64,000 nucleotides of DNA from Mobula hypostoma (lineage: Eukaryota). The DNA lies in assembly GCF_963921235.1 (NCBI RefSeq), contig NC_086097.1:184390001-184454000 (forward strand), written 5' to 3'. Below are positions 61,211 to 64,000 of this stretch, piece after piece; position 1 is the stretch's first letter, and each line of letters begins with the position of its first letter. Made by a program: the position numbers and the translations under genes. Below the pieces are notes generated by a model. It made no database searches. It was not told the DNA's origin and saw only the letters and a list, made by a program, of their open reading frames with translations.

Positions 61211-63684
61211 GATTTCTTTAGGCATAAGCTATTTGGTCACCATACTAGAATATCAAACTTCACCAGTCCAGTCCCTGAAACTAAATTGTATGATTTTCAT
61301 AATCCCATTAATTACAACCGATGAAAGGTAGTATTTTTTAATGTTTGCAATGTTAACAGGATTGCACATTGGAGTAAGAGATTCAAAATGGCATGGCTGT
61401 CTTCATTATCTGCTGATCTACTTAAATGCCAATACATTTTAGTTGTACACATTAACCCAATGCAACAGAAATGTACCATTTTGGAATCACAATAGACTTT
61501 GTAGTCTGCCAAAGTCAACATTTCCCAACTAATTTTCCTCGTATTCTTCTGCATGGTAGTTTCAGTGATCTAGTACTATATTTTTTTAAACTTTAAGCCC
61601 AGCTCATATGGGTGAAATAGCAAGCAAAAGGCCTGAGTATGGCAGACTTGTATAGCTCCAACCTTTTTGCTACTAAAGGTGAGCCAAAACTGAACGTCGT
61701 CCATAGTTTGAATATCTTGCTTACAGACCCACTACAAGGAAGGTTGCTGTATGTTATATTGATGCTCCACGTATTTTGGATATACATAACCTGAAAGTAC
61801 TTGACATTAGTATAACAAAAATGAAAACTGTTTCAATTATATCCACTTGGTGATTGCAAAGCTGACTGAAAATAATGGCAATTTAAAAATATTTCTTGAA
61901 GGTGCGTTTGCTGGCTGGGATTTGTAAAGGACTGGCAAAGAAGGCATTACAATTAAACAAACAATGAGCTGATCAGTTGAGCATCTTGCCTTAATGCCTA
62001 ATGGAAAATATGGATTCAAAGAACACTTAAGTTTATTGAAAAAATATGCTCCAGCATTTCATCAAAATGTGCGACACAAAGCACAATACTGTCTGGAGAC
62101 AAATTAGGACTTGCCAATAACTACCTCATACAGAGCACAAATGTTCGCAGGATTTGCCAGCAATATCCTGTTGATAAAATGCAGTTCCACGCCAATCTTC
62201 TACTCTTAGGGTTTGATAAGAAAGCTATGTTCACATATCCCTGTAATCTCAGAGTGATTGCTATCAAAACTCGATCGCAAATAGCAATGACTGAAAAGGC
62301 GACCGGCTGACAGTGACACAAGGAAAGACATAAGCATAAGTAAATTAGCAAAATATTCCTATTGAGCTTTGGAACTCAGAAGTGGCAAAATAGATCAATA
62401 TAATATATTTAGTCCCAATCCAATTGTCCTGTTTTCACAAAAGCATATATAGTAATATTTTAGTTAGTTCATTTACGCTTGGCAAATTTGCTTCTTTGTA
62501 GTATATTCGAGACAATCTGAATTTAACACATAAATTAAATTGCTAATATTCCAAATCCTATTGATTAAATAAATGAATTAAATTAATTGAGCGTTCACTT
62601 CATTGACCTTCAAAATGCATCAATAATACTGTCATGGTAATCTTGAGATTATGCAGTAATTTGGTACTTTCTATCAGCTGGTGAATTCACAGGGTGGGGT
62701 TGAGAATGGAAGTATCCAGTTCTCAAAAATGCAATGAGGGAATACATTTGCAGCCTCCTTTAGGTACTGGCAGGTTGAGCGGAAAAAAAAAATGACATGT
62801 GGTATTTGGAATTGTAGATGGAAATATGAAACCCTTCACTAAAAATCTAGAGGAAAATGCATCTGCACTCTCAAGCAACTTGGGACATCATGTGTCAGTA
62901 AATTAGAAAAGAATAGCAAGCCGGTTATTAAAATGTACTAGATCAGTAAAATAACAGAATACAATCTGCAAATTTAATTAGACAATGGAATTTTAAGTTT
63001 TTAGTGAGCAAATGCTTCGAATTTTATGTGATGAATAGCCTTGTTTTGACCAACCTTCTGCAAATTTTTGTCTTTCCCATAACTGCAACTCTTCTGCAGA
63101 TTTTTTCATGCCAGTGAATCTCTGCCTCCTCACCTAGTCTTCACACCCAAGCCCAGTAGCCATCTGCAGGGTGAGTTGAGGCCAGGACTAGGAATTGTTG
63201 CTAATTGTCCTAGCTTTTGCATGGGGTAGTGAGGCCAAATGCAAAGACAAAAATAGCCAGGCTGTTTCAGATCATCTAACTTAACACAAGCAAGATTACA
63301 TCCCATGATTCTCGTGCCTTTGAATTGCTAACTAAACAGAAAGTTGGACATTTGTAGTTTTAGAGCTTTCTAAAATGGTGTACATTTAATAGTATACAAC
63401 ACACTTAACTCAGGTGCTGTTCAATGCATAGACTTTTGTCCGAAGCACAAATGATCCCGCACACTGGTGAGGAAAATAAATAAAGACAATTGATTCAATA
63501 TGTGGCCACTATAGTTAATTAGTTTTGTTATCAACTGTTTAATTTTACTTATAACATTAGAACTGATGTGCAACATCTTGAAAATGTCAACAACATATAC
63601 TATGTTCATGGCTCAAACTGTTTTTAATGCTATTGATACACTAATAAATATTTCCAGAGAAATGTAACATTTGTCATTTCATTT

Positions 63685-63941
63685 TATTGAGGTACAGAGC
63701 TGTATAGTCCCTTCTGCTCCTTGCGCTACGTCACCCAGCAATCCCCTGATTTAATACCAGCCTAATTACAGGATAATTTACGATGAGTAATTAACCTACC
63801 AACAGGAATGTCTTTAGACTGTGGGAGGAAACTGGAGCATGTGGAGGAAACTGATGGGGTCCTTACAGGCAGCAACAGGAATTGAACCCTGGGTCGCCTG
63901 TCCTGTGAAGTGTTGTGCGAACCACTACGTTACTGTGCCGC
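63685..63941 (-). mobile_element. tRNA-derived V-SINE-like element with CR1-type tail
   Basis: Minus strand has A box TAACGTAGTGG, B box GGTTCAATTCC and V-like GTTTCCTCCACATGCTCCAGTTTCCTCCCACAGTC. Confidence 0.8.
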
Positions 63942-64000
63942 TCCAAATTGGAGAATCTGTACACTTAATTTTTGATTAAGGTATATAAAGAAAAGACAAA

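Noticed and set aside
63870..63941. tRNA-like A and B boxes
   Set aside because: No cloverleaf; this is the head of a SINE.
1..64000. Prokaryotic-type systems (CRISPR arrays, operons, rRNA, retrons)
   Set aside because: No regularly spaced repeat-spacer array or operon structure. All RT and nuclease motifs belong to eukaryotic transposon clades.

Overview
Eukaryotic, repeat-dense DNA with no recognisable host gene. It is either a gene desert or a very large intron. The repeat families (CR1, Rex1/Babar, RTE, Penelope-like elements, V-SINE, DeuSINE-like) point to a cartilaginous fish, probably a ray; this is an inference from family resemblance, not a database result. Every ORF in the track that I can recognise is a transposon remnant. 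Highlights: (1) Two independent Penelope-like (GIY-YIG) insertions, each a ~2.1-2.3 kb head-to-head inverted duplication bounded by a target-site duplication (TSD). In each, only one arm carries a 33-40 nt 3' tail. (2) Seven minimal type-I hammerhead ribozyme motifs carried by Penelope 3' ends, followed by a conserved structured 3' block. (3) A nearly intact I/Nimb-group LINE ORF2 (APE-RT-RNase H-CCHC). (4) A Chapaev3-like DNA transposon, an R4/Dong-like RT relic, a family of three solo LTRs, a bipartite RTE-derived element, a 47-bp retro-insertion with TSD, an old DeuSINE-like relic and an unexplained 25-bp direct repeat. Family names come from remembered motifs and need Dfam/Repbase confirmation. 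Boundaries of decayed copies are approximate.
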